Assembly: GCF_018350175.1 (NCBI RefSeq)
Contig: NC_058368.1
Location: 45,448,001-45,512,000, forward strand
DNA length: 64,000 bases
Source: Felis catus
Lineage: Eukaryota
Direction of reading: 5' to 3'
The notes below the pieces were generated by a model. It was not told the DNA's origin and made no database searches. It saw only the letters and a program-made list of their open reading frames with translations. The translations under genes and the position numbers were made by a program. Positions 48,450 through 62,718 of the stretch are shown one piece after another. The number at the start of each line of letters is the position of its first letter. Position 1 is the stretch's first letter.

Positions 48450-49470
48450 CAGACGTGAACAGACATTTTATTGTGGAGGATAAGCAGACAGCAAATAAGC
48501 TTGTGAAAAGTTGTTGAACATCATCTACCAAAAGGGAAATGTAAAAACCACAATGAGATATCACCAAATACCTATCAAAATGATACACACACACAAACAA
48601 CACCTATGAAAATATCAAACGTTGACTAGGAGGCAGAGAAGCAAGATAAGTAATTCCTATTTTGCTGGTGGGTATATAAAATGGTATAGCCATTTTGGAA
48701 CAGTTTGGCAATTTATTAAAAAAGCTAAATACGCAGCTACCATAGAACAAACAATCGTAATCCTGGGTATTTATCCCAGATGAATGAAGGCACATTCACA
48801 TAAAAACCTGTGCATACATGTTTACAGCAGGTTTATTCATAATAGCCAAAACCTGAAAACAGTAAGGATGGATGGTAACACAAGCTGTGGTACAGCCATA
48901 CCCTAGAATATTACTCAACAAAAAAATGGAAGAAAGTATGAGTACATGTAACAACCTGAATAAATCTCCAGAGAACACTGAGAGCAAAATACAAGTCCAA
49001 AAGTTACTACTATATGGATCCATTTATGTATAACACCCTTGCAATGACAAAATTATAGAAATAGAGAACAGACCAGTGGTTGCAAAAAGTTAAAGACCCA
49101 GTAGAAAGAAGGTCGAAGGTGGAATAGAGGATCATGATCTCACTGTTCGTGAAATCGAACCTGGCGTCAGGCTCTGCACTGACAGTGTGGAGCCTGCTTG
49201 GGATACTTTCTCTGCCCCTCCCCCACTCATGCTGGCTGTCTCTGTCTCGGTCTCTATCTCTCCCAGAATGAATAAACTTAAATAAAAAAGTAGGTGGAAT
49301 AGAGAGTTGGTGTGATTGGAAAAGGACATCATGAAGGATCCACACATTCATGGGATTGTTAACTCTTGACTGTGAGATGCATACACAAATCCACACATAG
49401 GACACAATTGCATAGAGCAATAATTACACACATACATGCAAATGAATATGAGTAAAACTGGGGAAACCCA
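48450..49470 (+). mobile_element. Old L1 3' region interrupted by a truncated SINE (~49130-49290)
   Basis: GGGAAATGTAAAAACCACAATGAGATATCACC, GTTTATTCATAATAGCCAAAACCTG motifs. Confidence 0.78.
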
Positions 49471-49484
49471 GACAATGTTGGTGA

Positions 49485-50045
49485 GAGGAGAGAAACTATC
49501 ACACAGTACAAGAGAGACTGAAGTAAATTCTGCTCAGACAAAAGGCAGAAGGGTTTTTACTCACTGAGGCAAGCTAGTGGAAAGGGGCTGTGGGAAGTCA
49601 ATGGGAAGTTTGGTCAGTGTGATTTGCCATCCATGTTTGTAACTGGCACTTCTTCAAGTTAGGCTCCTACCTTCCCGCAGATGCTGCTGTGCTATTTTAT
49701 AGATTATGTTTCAAAGGAATGGCTCCCAGGTCCTTGAGAAAGACATTCTTGTGTTATAGAAGATTTACATTGCAAAGAGGCAGAGAAAGAAGCTACAATA
49801 CCAAGTGTTTTTTAACATGAAATTGTCAAATTGGTTTCCATACAACATCCAGTGCTCCTCCCAACAGGTGCCCCCCTCAATGCCCATCACCCACCCTCCC
49901 CTCGCTCCCACTCCCCATCAACCCTCAGTTAATTCTCAGTTTTTAAGAGTCTCTTATGGTGAGTCAGGAAGAAACACAACTAAAATTTAGTCAAGCCAAG
50001 GAGAATGTTCAGGTTGTGTTGGTCACTTCCAAACCATTTCTCACA
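49485..50045. mobile_element. Old ERV1-class solo LTR (MER31/MER67-like) with a short antisense carnivore L1 3' fragment inserted (~49807-49958)
   Basis: TTTCAAAGGAATGGCTCCCAGGTCCTTGAGAAAGACATTC...GAAGATTTACAT; homologous to 60861-61345. Confidence 0.55.
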
Positions 50046-52175
50046 CTGCAGTGAGTTTGAATTTCCCACAACTACTTCTGTTCATAGGTGAAATATCTGT
50101 CAGAAGCCCTCCCAAATCGATCATACTGTCTTCCTGGGCTACTTTGAGAGCATCCTCTACTATGGTGTTTATGTTGTTTCATACCCAGGTTTTTTTGTTT
50201 GTTTGTTTGTTTCTTTGTTTTACTATCTATCTGCATTCCTATCTCCCACACTGGACTGCAAGCTTTCTGAAAGCAAGGACTATATCTCTGTCACCAGTGT
50301 GTTTTTAGAAGGTAGACCAGTACCTGGCACAGTTTATTCATTCATCATATATCTATTAGGCGCTTAAAATGTGTTACAGACTGTATCAATCCTGTTATTC
50401 ATGTCACTTATTTTTTCTGAGTCTCTTTCTTAAAATTTACATATTTTACATCTCCAAAATCATGCATAGTTATGTTTTTCCAAGTGGTTAAAAAAATGGT
50501 GTGTGCTCCATTCAGGATATTCAACATACTTAAAATTGAGCAAATCATTTTTTCCTCCACATCTGCTCCTTTTTCCTTTTATTTACTGTAGTTAAGGGTA
50601 TCATCATTCATCTAATTCCTCAAGCTAGAAAATACGGAGTCATGCTAAGCCCTTCTTTTTCAGCTGCCACATTTATTTGGTGACAGATCCTGATGATTGT
50701 GTCTCTCAGATGTTCCAAATTTCTGTTTCCTCTTTTTCATACTTAAGGCCACTGCTTTAGGTCATCATGACCTAGACCTCCTGACTGCCCAATCTATTGC
50801 CCACATTCCAATTAGGTAATTTTTTTTAAAGAGTGGAATCTAATCAGCTCATAATTTCTCCATTTAAAGTATTTCACAGCATTTCCTTTCTTTCCTTCCC
50901 ACCACCCCATTATGAAATGATAAACTTTGAAGTCCTTAGTATGGTATAAAATGGCATTCATGATACAGGTCAAAATTCACTTTCTACATTCTTCATTTTC
51001 TTTCATGCATCTTATGTTCCTCAAAAAGTGATGTGCCTAGAACACCTCAAGCTTATACATGCCTTGGTATTTTTGCACATTTCTAATTTTTATTTTTTAG
51101 GATGCACTCCTTCTCTCTGCCCTTTCCGCCACATCCTTATCCTGTGCATATCACACAAAATAATGTTCAAAGCAGAAATACATCTCCTGTGAGAAAATGT
51201 TCTCTGACTACACTCTAAAGTTGATTTAAGTGAACCATCTATGGGTTTCACCCATCTATCTGTCTATATATCTATCAACCTCTCCAAAAATTACAATTAA
51301 ACAAATGTTGCAAGCAAGATAATTAGAAATCGACAAATATTGGAAATTACAGACACAAAATTAACATGGAGGAACAAATGCAGAGTATCTCCTGGAATTT
51401 CCACTTACAATTAGAAACAAAACTAAACGAGGTGTTATCCATGTTTACCTGGCATGCCTGGGATTATTTACTGTAACACTTGAATGATAAAGGTCAGATG
51501 CAGTGTATTATAGCCTTTTTCTTAACAATGTCAACCACTTTAAGTTAGTAATGATGTAAGAAGTTGTTTTAGGAGTAGGGCAAAAAACATCGAGAGGACT
51601 TGAATCAAAAATGTTCATTATAGCATGTGCTGTAAAAAATGTGTAGTTCAAATTTCATTTCATGTAATTTGTGAAGAAAATAAAATATAGCTTGCATAAT
51701 GCATTTCATAGTAATAACATTATTCATGATAGATGAGTAAAACTAGAAAATTTGGTTTATTGCTGTGTGTCTTGTCTGAATAACGGCTAAAATGTACTTG
51801 TGCTTTCAATTAGTATCATCGCCTTTATATAGAGAGTCAAGTGCGGCCAAATTGCATAGAGAGGTGAACTGACAATTCGTCAATTCATTGGCTCAATTAC
51901 ATCCCCCAAAGAACCACTTTGGATTTTAGATTCAAGATGGATTATTTACACTGATCGAATTAACCAGTTCAGAGATAAATCTCTACTCTGTGGACATAAC
52001 TTGGAAATAAATATATACCTACAAATCATTTCAAAAATTCTTGCTGTTTCAAGCTTCTATGTTACTACTTTCATGACTAACATAACATGAAGAAAGTTGC
52101 CATATATTTTTACTTACTGGTGCTTGATCTGGGATGTTGAAATTTAGACAGGTGCTATATTCCTTGACGATGCCC

Positions 52176-52378
52176 TTTAAATTTTTTTAATGTTTATTTA
52201 TTTTGAGACAGAAAGAGCAGGGAAGAGGCAGAGAGAGAGGGAGACACAGAATTTGAAGCAGGCTTTAGGCTCTGAACTGTCAGCACAGAATCAGATGTGG
52301 GCATTGAACTCACAAACAAGAGATCATGAACTGAGCTGAAGTTGGTTGCTCAACTGACGGAGCCATTCAAGTGTCCCT
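52176..52378 (-). mobile_element. CanSINE (diverged)
   Basis: Typical antisense body. Confidence 0.88.
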
Positions 52379-52535
52379 TGATGATTCTCTTTGGAACTGG
52401 AACGGGAGCCATTAATGACAAGGAATGGGAATTGTATCTTTTATTTGCAAAAAAATATCTGATTACTTATACTACTTTACTGCTTCCTAAAACACAGATA
52501 AATTTGTATATTTTTCTTAAGTGATCAATTATTCC

Positions 52536-52744
52536 CTTTTTAAAGTTTATTTATTTATTTGAGACAGAAAGAGTCCATGTGAGTGGGGGAGTGGCACAGA
52601 GACAGGGAGAGAGAGAGAGAGAACCCCAAGGATTCTGTGTGCTGTCAGCACAGAGCCCAATGTAGGATTCGAACTCTGTGACATCATGACCTGAACCGAA
52701 ACCAAGAGTTGGATGCTTAACCGACTAAGCCACCCTGGTGCCCC
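52536..52744 (-). mobile_element. CanSINE
   Basis: TSD AAGTGATCAATTATTC. Confidence 0.92.
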
Positions 52745-55700
52745 AAAGTGATCAATTATTCTTATCAGAATTTAAGTTCAATTCATTGATTAAATGACTT
52801 TCATGATATATCATGGAAAGTTAGATTCAACTAGAATAATTTTTGAGAATGAAAATATTTCAATAAGAAATTCTCACTTCATTCACAAAATACCACTTAC
52901 TAATAATTATTGCTACATGTGGCTAAGTTTACTTGCTAATTTACTTGCCAAAATTTTCAGTAAATATTTCTTAAATATTTTAGAATGCAGTTTGGAATAA
53001 ATGCTTAATAATTATGAAGATTACAGTGATATTATTTTTTAATCGTGATTAAAAAAAAAGAAGAAAGTAAAGATTATTTGAGGGATGTGATTTTGGACAC
53101 AGAGACCAGGCTTAAAAGCCAGCAGACGTTTGGAAATGCAATGTCTAACAAAGCCTGAGGTGGCACTAAATGCTTGTGTGGAAAAAGGCATGCTTTTCTT
53201 GTACTTTGATTCTACAAAGTTCATCCTTTCATTATCCTCCATATTTTTGCCTTTGCAAACATTTTCCCTTTGCCTCAATAAAAAACAACTGCTCTTCTAA
53301 GACACTGCTGAGACTTCTATCCTTTGTGAGGCCACCGTTGATCATTCTGGTCAGTGTTGAACTTTACTAATTCTGCACACTGGAAGTCCAGGAATTAGCA
53401 TGTGGGCTCCAAACAGAATGAAGTGATTTTGTTTTTTGTTACTGCTCTGTGACATTTACGTCATCAAGTTGTGCAATTACAAAAAGCATCATTTCTTCTG
53501 TCTTCCCAACTAGGTTATGTTTTCTTGCAAACCCTGATTGCACTGTTGGCTTCTTTTACATTTCCATAAGCATTAGCAGTGCCTTGAAACTCTCTATCAT
53601 ATCATGCATTTTTATCTTTGTCAATGGTCCTACCACTCTCTCAGCAGGTCTTGCATCCAGTTATGTACATGTTTCTGTTGCCTCTCTCCACACTAGAATG
53701 TCAGCAGAAAGAGAGCAGGGATCTTTTCTTTCTTGATCCCAGCAATTTCTCAATGCCTAGAAGAGTTCTTGGCCCCAAGTAAGCTCTCAAATATTTGTTG
53801 AAAGAATGAAGGGACAGATATCTGGTTAGGTGGCAGCTATTTACACATAGTGGTTAATTTGAGCAAGGGTTAAGGAACAAGCATTCTGAAAGCCCACGTC
53901 CCGCAAAGAATTAGAAAGAGATCCCAGAGAGTGGTTTTGATCAGATTTCCATTTAAGTGAATTCTCCCTTTGATAAACAATGTGACTTGGGCAAATTGCA
54001 AATACGCCTCAGTTTCCTCATTTGTCAAACGGGGCTGATAGTATACACTCTCAACCCATAATCTTAAAAAAATAAACATGTGAAAATATTTGTCAACTCA
54101 TATAAAACACCATACACTATTACCATACAGTGCCGTGATACTGGTATCTGAGCTTATTGAATTTATGTCTCGCAGATTGATTCTTTACAGTTTTAATATA
54201 TATTAATAAGTAGGCTCCCTTTATATGTATAAATAAGTGTATGATTATTCTCTAATGTTTTCTACATGGTAATGTACATACGTGTGAAAATGTCTGTCCT
54301 ACAGCTACCATTGAAATCAATATTCAATTTCTGTCCATAGATGGCAGCAATGTACCAAATCTTAACTTTATAGGTGACCCTGTGAAAAAGTTATCTGTAT
54401 ACTAAATACCATGTTCTCTTAATAGGACATGAAAATTATTTAAGAAGAACTATAGCATCAATGGAATATGAACAAAAAATGTAAGAAAAAAAATCCTCCA
54501 CAGCCAGTCTCAGTCCTTTATTCAGTGAACTAAAGGGTTTCTTCAGTTTGCCCAGCATGGGAGTCTTTGTCATTTTAACTGAATGTCACAAAAGATATTG
54601 ATAAAAATAAAACTCTTTTAAGATAATAGCCATTCAAAACAATACCAAGAAAATGCCCTGTCTTTCAGTAGTGGCTATTAAAAATGGATTAATACATGCA
54701 TGCAGCTCTCTTTTATTTGTTTAAAAAATTAAAATGACCAGAAAGCGCTTACATCCAGAAACCTTTTATAAAGAAAGAATGGCAGAATGCAAAGAAAGGA
54801 GATTTCCAGATTTAGACACTGAAGACAAAGCAAACCAAGAGAAATGGGCCCATGGGAGACAAGAAAAGCTACAAGACGAGGTTGAACTGGAGAGAAATAT
54901 AATAAATCTAAACAATGCCTCAGACTGCCCATCAGAGCACAAAACATTTTGGTCAGCCATTGAATTTTCTGTCTATAAAAGTCCCTATCACATGTTGAAT
55001 CACATTGGTTCATTTTTTCCCTTTGTAAATGAAGAGTTCATTATGAATGCTTTGGAAAATTACGCCTATGTTGAGTGCAATTGTGTGGAGGAAATATATT
55101 TCCATTTTAAATCATGAGAAATCAAAGAACGGTGCAAAATTCCCCTATTGTGCAACATTTAAAACCTGAAGATAATCTTTTGGTATTGGAAATATTTTAG
55201 CACTTAATTTAAATGATTTGGAGAGAAGCATGTACCTAAAGAAAAGAAAAAAAAAAGAGTAAGAACTATTGAGAAAGAAGTAGAAAAAAGACACCACAGG
55301 ACTGCCCAATATAAGGCTACACAGGGATAAAGCCCATGGACGAGAAAGGACTGTTGAGTTATAGCACCTCGCAAGGTTCAAAGCAAAATTACAAAACAAC
55401 TTACAGATGTGGGATTTATTCATATCAGGGGTAGGTCTTTTAATACTGGCTTACTTAGCTCTTTGACTCTAAAAAATCCTAAGTCCTGTAAATCCTCCAG
55501 GGCCTACTATCTAATTATATTGGATATCCTGCATGTCTCCTTAATAAAAACTACCTTATTGTTTAATGGTTGGACTTCAGAGTCTTTGAAGACTAGGTTC
55601 TGCTCAGTTAGAAATAAATTCAACATGTTGCTTACCTTTTGCATAGTTCCTAATTTGGAAGTTTATTTTCCATCTCATCATTCCACAACCTACCATATCA

Positions 55701-58374
55701 TATATTTTCCTCAATAAGTTTATTTTCACCAATCTATCAGTATAGACTGAGGAACTGCTCCCTAACTTTTTTCCTGTTTTTCTTCCCCCTATGGTGAAAG
55801 TCTTCTCTGGTACAACAAAATATGGATTTCATGCAGCCCCACATGTTTATAATTACATTAACTCACAGAAAATTAAATCAACAATACACATCAGGTTTTG
55901 GCATTACCGTTCAAGAAGAAATAAAGCAAACAGGTTCAGGGAAGTATCTAGAATAGGAAACCTGCTAACATTTGGCACAAATTTCAAATTGCCCATTAGT
56001 CATAAATGTGGGTTTTTCAATTCATATTTTCTTGAAATAAATCTGCAGGATAAAATGTACCCAAAATATCTTCATTACTACTGCATAAAAAAGTGATGAT
56101 AGCAATGAATGTTTTTGGAAGCTACTTGTATTTTTGGTAAATAAGGTTCTGAAAAGTACAACCTTCACAAATGTTTCTTCTTTCCCCTTGATTACAACAA
56201 TTACTCAGTTGAATAAAAAGATTCAAATTGAATACTGTGTACCATGTGTATTTTTAAACTCTATTTCTACAAGCTACTTAAGGGGACAAATAATAGATAG
56301 ATGTTAGATCTATACTGAGAGATCTCTTGGGGTGTATGTGTGGTTACAATGGAAATTGTTTTTATGAAAAGATTGTATTAGGGTCATTCGTTGCTATTTT
56401 GAGTCCTGTTGTTACTCTGAGTTAGAAAAATGATGAACATTCTTACTGAAATTACCGATATAAAAATAGTGGAATTTCTTGATTACACTTGTAACTTTAA
56501 AAATAATTAGAAGTAATGAGAATCTACTGTTACCAGGAAAATATAAAATTCTTTCAAGATAATTCTCACACCTGTTTCCATAATCTTCTACTGTTGATTT
56601 CTGGTAAAAATAAAGTCACCAATTCAAATGACAAAATGTACTTTCTGAGTGCACCGTTAATCACTAGACACTCGATAGCACAGCTATCTAATGGAAATTA
56701 TTTCTGAGATGACTGTATCCAGGTAATTCCACCCCCAAATATAAGTGTTTTATTTTATCACCCTATTAGATGGAAAAAAAATTTCTCATTTAATGAATAG
56801 GAAAAGGTATTGCAAAGAAGATGTCAGAGTATATATGATCCAACGTCCTTGTACTAGAGCTAGCTTATAGATCAGACTGTAAACACAATGATTGCACAAA
56901 TGTTTAAATGTCTTCTTTCCATTAACAGGAATGATGAAGCTCCCAGAAAGCTGAATGATTAAAAGTGTGTGTGTGGGAGGGGTAGGGACAGCAGATTCTT
57001 ATCTAAAATGCATACTGTTTAGTGCTGCACATCTCAAAAAGCTGTTACAGTGATAGCAAAACAGAAACACTGAAGTGTATAGGGTGCTTTTCAAAAGCCA
57101 GGGTGGTTGAAATTACCATGCCAGGAATAAACCATATGATATGTGGTCTACCTTCTCAGGAGGGAAAAGAGGAGGAGGTATTCTAGCATAAAAAAGTCAT
57201 CATTGCAGTATAAGGTATTAAAAATTGCTAATTAAAAACATATAAAATTATACTTCATATGTTTCTGTCTTTGCGAATTTAGATGGTTATTTCGAAAATC
57301 TTTAAGAGTTACCAGTAGAAGCTGGGAATAATTCTGACCCCAAAATTAAAATCTATTTTTGCATTCTCATTCGTGGCCATATGCATTAAGTATCATAATT
57401 CCATTAAGAAAAATATGCTTACGTAAAATGCCTGCATAATAAAGTTATAATATTGTATCTGTTGATTTTTATAATAATATATATACTTTAACATTGTCTA
57501 CAAGGAACAATCCTGCATTATAGATACTTTCATTGTTCTTTGCCTGTGCCATAGCTAGGAACTTTATTACATTTAATGGGAAACTAATAAATGTTTATTG
57601 ATAAGTGAAATGCATAGTATTTTTCCTAAAAATGATGGCCTCCCCTCTCAGTATTATATGGTCAAGAGATACATAATGGAGACCGTTCTTCCCTAATTCT
57701 AACATCCATATCCCCTTCTGCAGTAACAAGCCAATTAATGTGTTACTGGACTCATAACCACAATGCATCAAGGGATCAGTTGTTCTATTTTATTTTCATA
57801 ATCTCTTAATAGGTTCGGCAATACTTACCCTGCCAATGACAAATAACTTCTGGACCTGCCAGGCCTCTCAAGCCTTTTTTCTATCTCTAGTATGAATTTG
57901 AGGTCTCAGTCCTCCATTTTTTTTCTCACCATCATTCCTATTCCTTTATTCCAGAGTAAAACATCCACATAGCATATTTACTTAGTAGTTTTTCAGTGAA
58001 AAGACATTTACTACAATGGATTTCTTACCAATTGGAGGTTTTTCATGGTAATTGCTGGAGATTCCTTGTTATTACAACTATGCATTCTAATTTTGCCTAA
58101 TGAGCCAATTCTAGTGATAAAGAAAACCCCAGGGCAGAGTGAAGGCTGTTACTTTTGGAATAACAAATGCCATAAATGATACCTCGCAGCTCAAGAGTCG
58201 GAATAGACAGCATGAGGTAGGAGGCTTTGCTGGAGTTTACAAGAGAGACTTCTATGGAAGCTCAATGGTAAACTCCTTGAGAGATTACGATTGCAGTTAT
58301 TTCTCCCAGGATTGGAGGTGACACCAGGAATTCTGGTCAGTCTGCAATGATGTTAATGTAAAAGCAGTGTCTGT

Positions 58375-58680
58375 GGATCAGAAGATACACAAATACCATA
58401 TGCACCCACTCATAGATGAAATTTAAGAAACAAATGAGCAAAGGGGACAAAAGATAGAGAGGCAAACCAAAACACAGATTCTTAGCCAGAGAGAACAAAT
58501 TGGTGGTTACCAGAGGGAAGATGGGTGGGGAGATGAGCAAAACAGGGGATGGGGACTAAGGACTGTACTTGTTGTGAGGAACACCGAGTGTCGTAGGGAA
58601 GTGTTGAGTCATTACACTGTACATCTAAAGTTAATATTACATTGTATGTTAACTAACTAGAATTTAAATAATAACTTAAA
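58375..58680 (+). mobile_element. Carnivore L1 3'-end fragment
   Basis: GAGAACAAATTGGTGGTTACCAGAGGGAAGATGGGTGGGG...GTATGTTAACTAACTAGAATTTAAATA. Confidence 0.85.
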
Positions 58681-58681
58681 A

Positions 58682-58866
58682 ATTTAATGTTTAATTATTT
58701 TTGAGAGAGAGCGCGAGTGAGCGAGCAGGGGAGGGGCGGAGAGGGAGGGAGACACAGAACCCAAAGCAGGCTCCAGACTCTGAGCTATCAGCACAGAGCC
58801 TGAAGTGAGGGTAGAACTCACAAATCGTGAGGTCATGACCTGCCTACTGAGCCATCCAGGTGCCCA
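58682..58866 (-). mobile_element. CanSINE inserted in the L1 tail
   Basis: Antisense body ending GAGCCATCCAGGTGCCC. Confidence 0.88.
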
Positions 58867-59108
58867 TAAAAACTTTAAAAACTTTTAAAAAAGATACAAA
58901 AGAGAGTTTTGTTTACTTAAGTCATGGGTCATGAATTACACATTTATTCCTTCTAATGATGATTTGAATATGATAATATGAGGGATGAGGGGTACATTTA
59001 CTGGGGATTTACTGTGTGTTAGAGCAACTACATACACTGTCATTTAATAATCCCAACAATCTAAGGCAGGAATTTGTATCTTCTTGTGGTAAAAAATAAG
59101 ATTGAGAT

Positions 59109-59302
59109 GGGGCACCTGGGTGGCTCAATTGGTTAAGCAATTGGCTTTTGATCTTGACTCTCCTACTTTGTGAGCTTGAGCTCCACATGGGGCTCTGTGT
59201 TGACAGCAGAGTCTGCTTGGAATTCTCTCCCCCGCTCTCTCTGTCCCCTACCCCACTTGCACTCACTCACTCTCTCTCTCAAAATAAATAAACTTAAAAA
59301 AT
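59109..59302 (+). mobile_element. CanSINE
   Basis: Near-TSD AAAAAATAAGA(T/C)TGAG. Confidence 0.88.
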
Positions 59303-59996
59303 AAGACTGAGGGATATTAAACAAATTGACCTCATAGATATAACTCAAAGAGACAATGCTGACATTTGGGGACTGGGTGTCTCTGGAATGGTTAGCTCTT
59401 TCATGATGTCATATACTCACCTCATTTTATAGAGCATTTTTATAGAGGTGTGATATGTGGGAATATAGACAAAAGAGGCAGCAACTTGCTTTTGCCTGGA
59501 GCACCAGGGTAGGAATGGTTAACAGAGGAGAGAATAGAGAACTTTTTGTGGGTAAAAAAATATATGCTCAGAGAATTCCATCATAGAAAATAGGAAAGCC
59601 CTGGCATGCAAGACACTCATGAAAACTTTGGCACGAATGGATCTTAGGGAATAAGAGAAGGCTGTTAATAAAGATGAATTTATAGAGATAGGCTGGAACT
59701 AGAATTTAAAGAGCCTTATTACCTGCATATGAGATAGTCAAAAAATATTAAAGAAAATCACTAAAATATAAAAAAAAACATAGTCACCAGATATATGTAA
59801 AAAATATTTTCTATCAGCTTTTTTTCTTCTTGGAATAGAACATGGTAAAATATTTTTTTAAATATATGTATTTTGGATTTAGTTAGTTCAACATTTTCAA
59901 TTCATAACTGAGAATATTGAGAGATTCATAAAGGTAATGAATTTTCCAAATCTTAAAGTTACTTTTGAAAGAACATTGCCTACAAGAACCAAGATC

Positions 59997-60210
59997 TTTT
60001 TTTTAATGTTTATTTATTTATTTTGAGAGAGAGTGAGAGTATGTGAGCAGGGGAAGGGCAGAGGGAAAGAGAGAGAGAAAGAATCCCAAGCAGGCTCTTC
60101 ATTGCCAGCACAGAGCCTGACATGGGGTTTGATCTCATGAACCATGAGATCATGACCTGAGCTGACATCAAGAGTTGGGCACTTAACTGACTGAGCCACC
60201 CAGGTGCCCC
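59997..60210 (-). mobile_element. CanSINE
   Basis: TSD AGAACCAAGATCTTTT. Confidence 0.93.
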
Positions 60211-60860
60211 TAGAACCAAGATCTTTTAACTCCATAACTTCTCCATCATGCTATGAATTCTTGCTGCTGTGCTGACATGTGAAGAAATATAAATGTTATC
60301 ATATAAACATTGTCTTTGACATATACCCATAGATATAGACTAAAATAACTAAAGCTATTCCAACTTGTTCCAAACTTTGAAATGTACTAAGTCCAGAGAC
60401 ACCTCCTTGTCTGCCATTTACTGCCATATCCGCCTTCCAGAAAAACATGAAAGGTCATATTTCAGATGCAGAAGCTTTTTCCCTAACTGGGACACAAAGA
60501 CACAAATCTATAGGATGAATGCATAATTCCCCCAAATGGGCTTCTGGGTCTCAAACTGCAGCTTCAGTGTATTTTTGTATTTCTCCTACAGACTTTGGTG
60601 GATCAATCCACGCCCCCCCCCCACACACACACGCATGTACTTTAATCAATGTATAGTTTAATTGAAATGAAAAAGTCACTCTACTCTAAACTCTGTATTA
60701 TAATCTTTGGTTTATAGGCCTGCATCTTTTAGTACATAGTGAGATTCTTGAGAGAAGAACTGAACTCCACCTTGTCATTGTCATTTCCAGCATGGTACAT
60801 AATAAGCACTCAGTAATACAGTATACTAAATAATGGGTTCACAGTCATGAACGAGGTAAA

Positions 60861-61345
60861 TATTGCCCAAAAAAAGTTGCACCAGAAGGTATTAAGCAAG
60901 GGAGACTTTATGTAACACTATTGCAATGGGGAAAGATTGAACTGAACTCCAATGACACAAGGTGGCAATTTTTAAGCTGAGGATGAGCTGATGGAAGAGT
61001 ACTGAAGAGTGGCATTGGAGGAGAGGTTAGTCAGTGTGATTAGGCCATCTGTGTTTGTTGATTGGCACTTCTCATAGCTGGGCTCCTGCCCTCCTATACA
61101 GATTCGGCAACAGGGCCTCTACCCTTCTCAATTATTCCATTTCAAAGGGATGGCGCCTTTGACATTCCTGGGACAATCCCGTGTTGTAAAACCGGTAAGA
61201 GGTTGAGAGAAGATTTACATCTTTAAGAACAGAGGAACAATTTACACATGAAAGTTGTCTACATTTAATGCTCTAAGAAAAGGCAGGTCAGGGACTTATA
61301 TCTGGAAGAAATCTATATAAGCTTAGTCAAGCTGAGGGCAATTTT
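60861..61345. mobile_element. Old ERV1-class solo LTR (MER31/MER67-like)
   Basis: Shares ordered blocks with 49485-50045 (GTCAGTGTGAT, TGGCACTT, GGCTCCT, TTTCAAAGG.ATGGC, GAAGATTTACAT, TTAGTCAAGC). Confidence 0.55.
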
Positions 61346-62486
61346 TTTTAAGCTAAGGACAATTTTAAGGAAGTCAAAGTAAATATGGTTCTATGGTCTT
61401 TTTACATTGAGGTTAAAGAATAATACAAAAAATGATTGAATATTACAATATTTTATATATTTTGTGAATGCTACATATAAGCAAAGAAAATGCAAATAGT
61501 AAATGTGGAAGGATCTCAAATATTACCTTGATTCATTTGGCTCTTTATTCTACAATCATGTATTCATCACATTTTTCCAAAACAAGGCTCTTGGAATGGT
61601 ACTTACAAAACAGCTGAAATCCTACATTGAAATATAGGATAATTTTATCTCTGTAAGTAAAAATAGGTTTTAAATGGATATTTGCATTTATTAATGATTC
61701 TAAGTAAGCAAATTAGTTAATAAAAGTTAGCACTTGCTTCTGTTTCTCATATTTATGATCAATAACACATCATAGAAAAATCATGAAATTCCTAGTGGAA
61801 ACTGAAAGTTAAAATTTCTGAGATTATGTTTTATCTCACAGTGGGCCAAGATAGAAATAAGTTCAGATGAAAGTAATATTGTTAATGAAAAGAGAAGTAA
61901 CAGGTAGACCATTCTCTCAGACATCTGATTGTAATGAAAGCGATTCATTGTTAATTTTGGCCAGAAGTATCCCACTAAGAAGATCTGTCAGATTGTTAGG
62001 AGGGACCCAACCTTTATAAACCAATTCATCCCTTCTTCCCCTTACCAGTTCATAATGAATTGCAATTCCCTGGCTAATAAACTCCTTTTTTTGTACATTG
62101 GTAGTAAAAATAAATATGATGTGTGTGTGAAAATGGGGGGGTAATGTTGATGAGTGACGATTGTTATTTCAAAACTGAATTTTTTTTCTAATAATAGCTG
62201 TGAATGAACTTACTGTTGAAAACTATCTGTCCTAGGTTTTGGAAAAATCATTTTCATGGTTCTTTTAATGATGAAAATGTAGAGCAAGGATCCTATTCTG
62301 GGAATAAAGATGTTTGAAACGATTGTAGAACCAGCACATTGAAATTAAGAAAGTTAAGGCATATCCTTTCCTGGTGGCAGAACACTAAAGATCACACTTG
62401 GACTGCCAGTCCTACCTGCACTGTTTAGATAGTAGACTATACTCAGTGTCATTTAATGATAAAAAAAAAAAAAACCCTAGATTTTT

Positions 62487-62634
62487 GGGTATCTGGGTGA
62501 CTCAGTCAGTTGAGCATCTGCCTCCTGATTTCAGCTCAAGTCATAATCCTGTCAGGTGTCATTGGATCGAGTGAGTGTGGAGTCTGCTTGGGATTCTCAC
62601 TCTCTCTCTGTCCCCCTCCTTCACTTACAGTAAG

Positions 62635-62679
<45 letters not shown>

Positions 62680-62718
62680 CACACACGCACACATGCACAC
62701 ACACACACACACAGAAAG
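62487..62718 (+). mobile_element. Diverged CanSINE with (CA)n expansion (62638-62712)
   Basis: GGGTATCTGGGTGACTCAGTCAGTTGAGCATCTG head; TSD AAACCTAGATTTT-like. Confidence 0.8.

Noticed and set aside
53160..53740. Protein-like translations on both strands suggesting a processed pseudogene
   Set aside because: Minus-strand reading has multiple stops, and I could not match it to any protein family; no poly(A) or TSD seen.
54331..54350. CTCF-like motif TCCATAGATGGCAGCA
   Set aside because: The 3' half fits but the 5' CCASY core is imperfect; not supportable without a PWM score or ChIP data.
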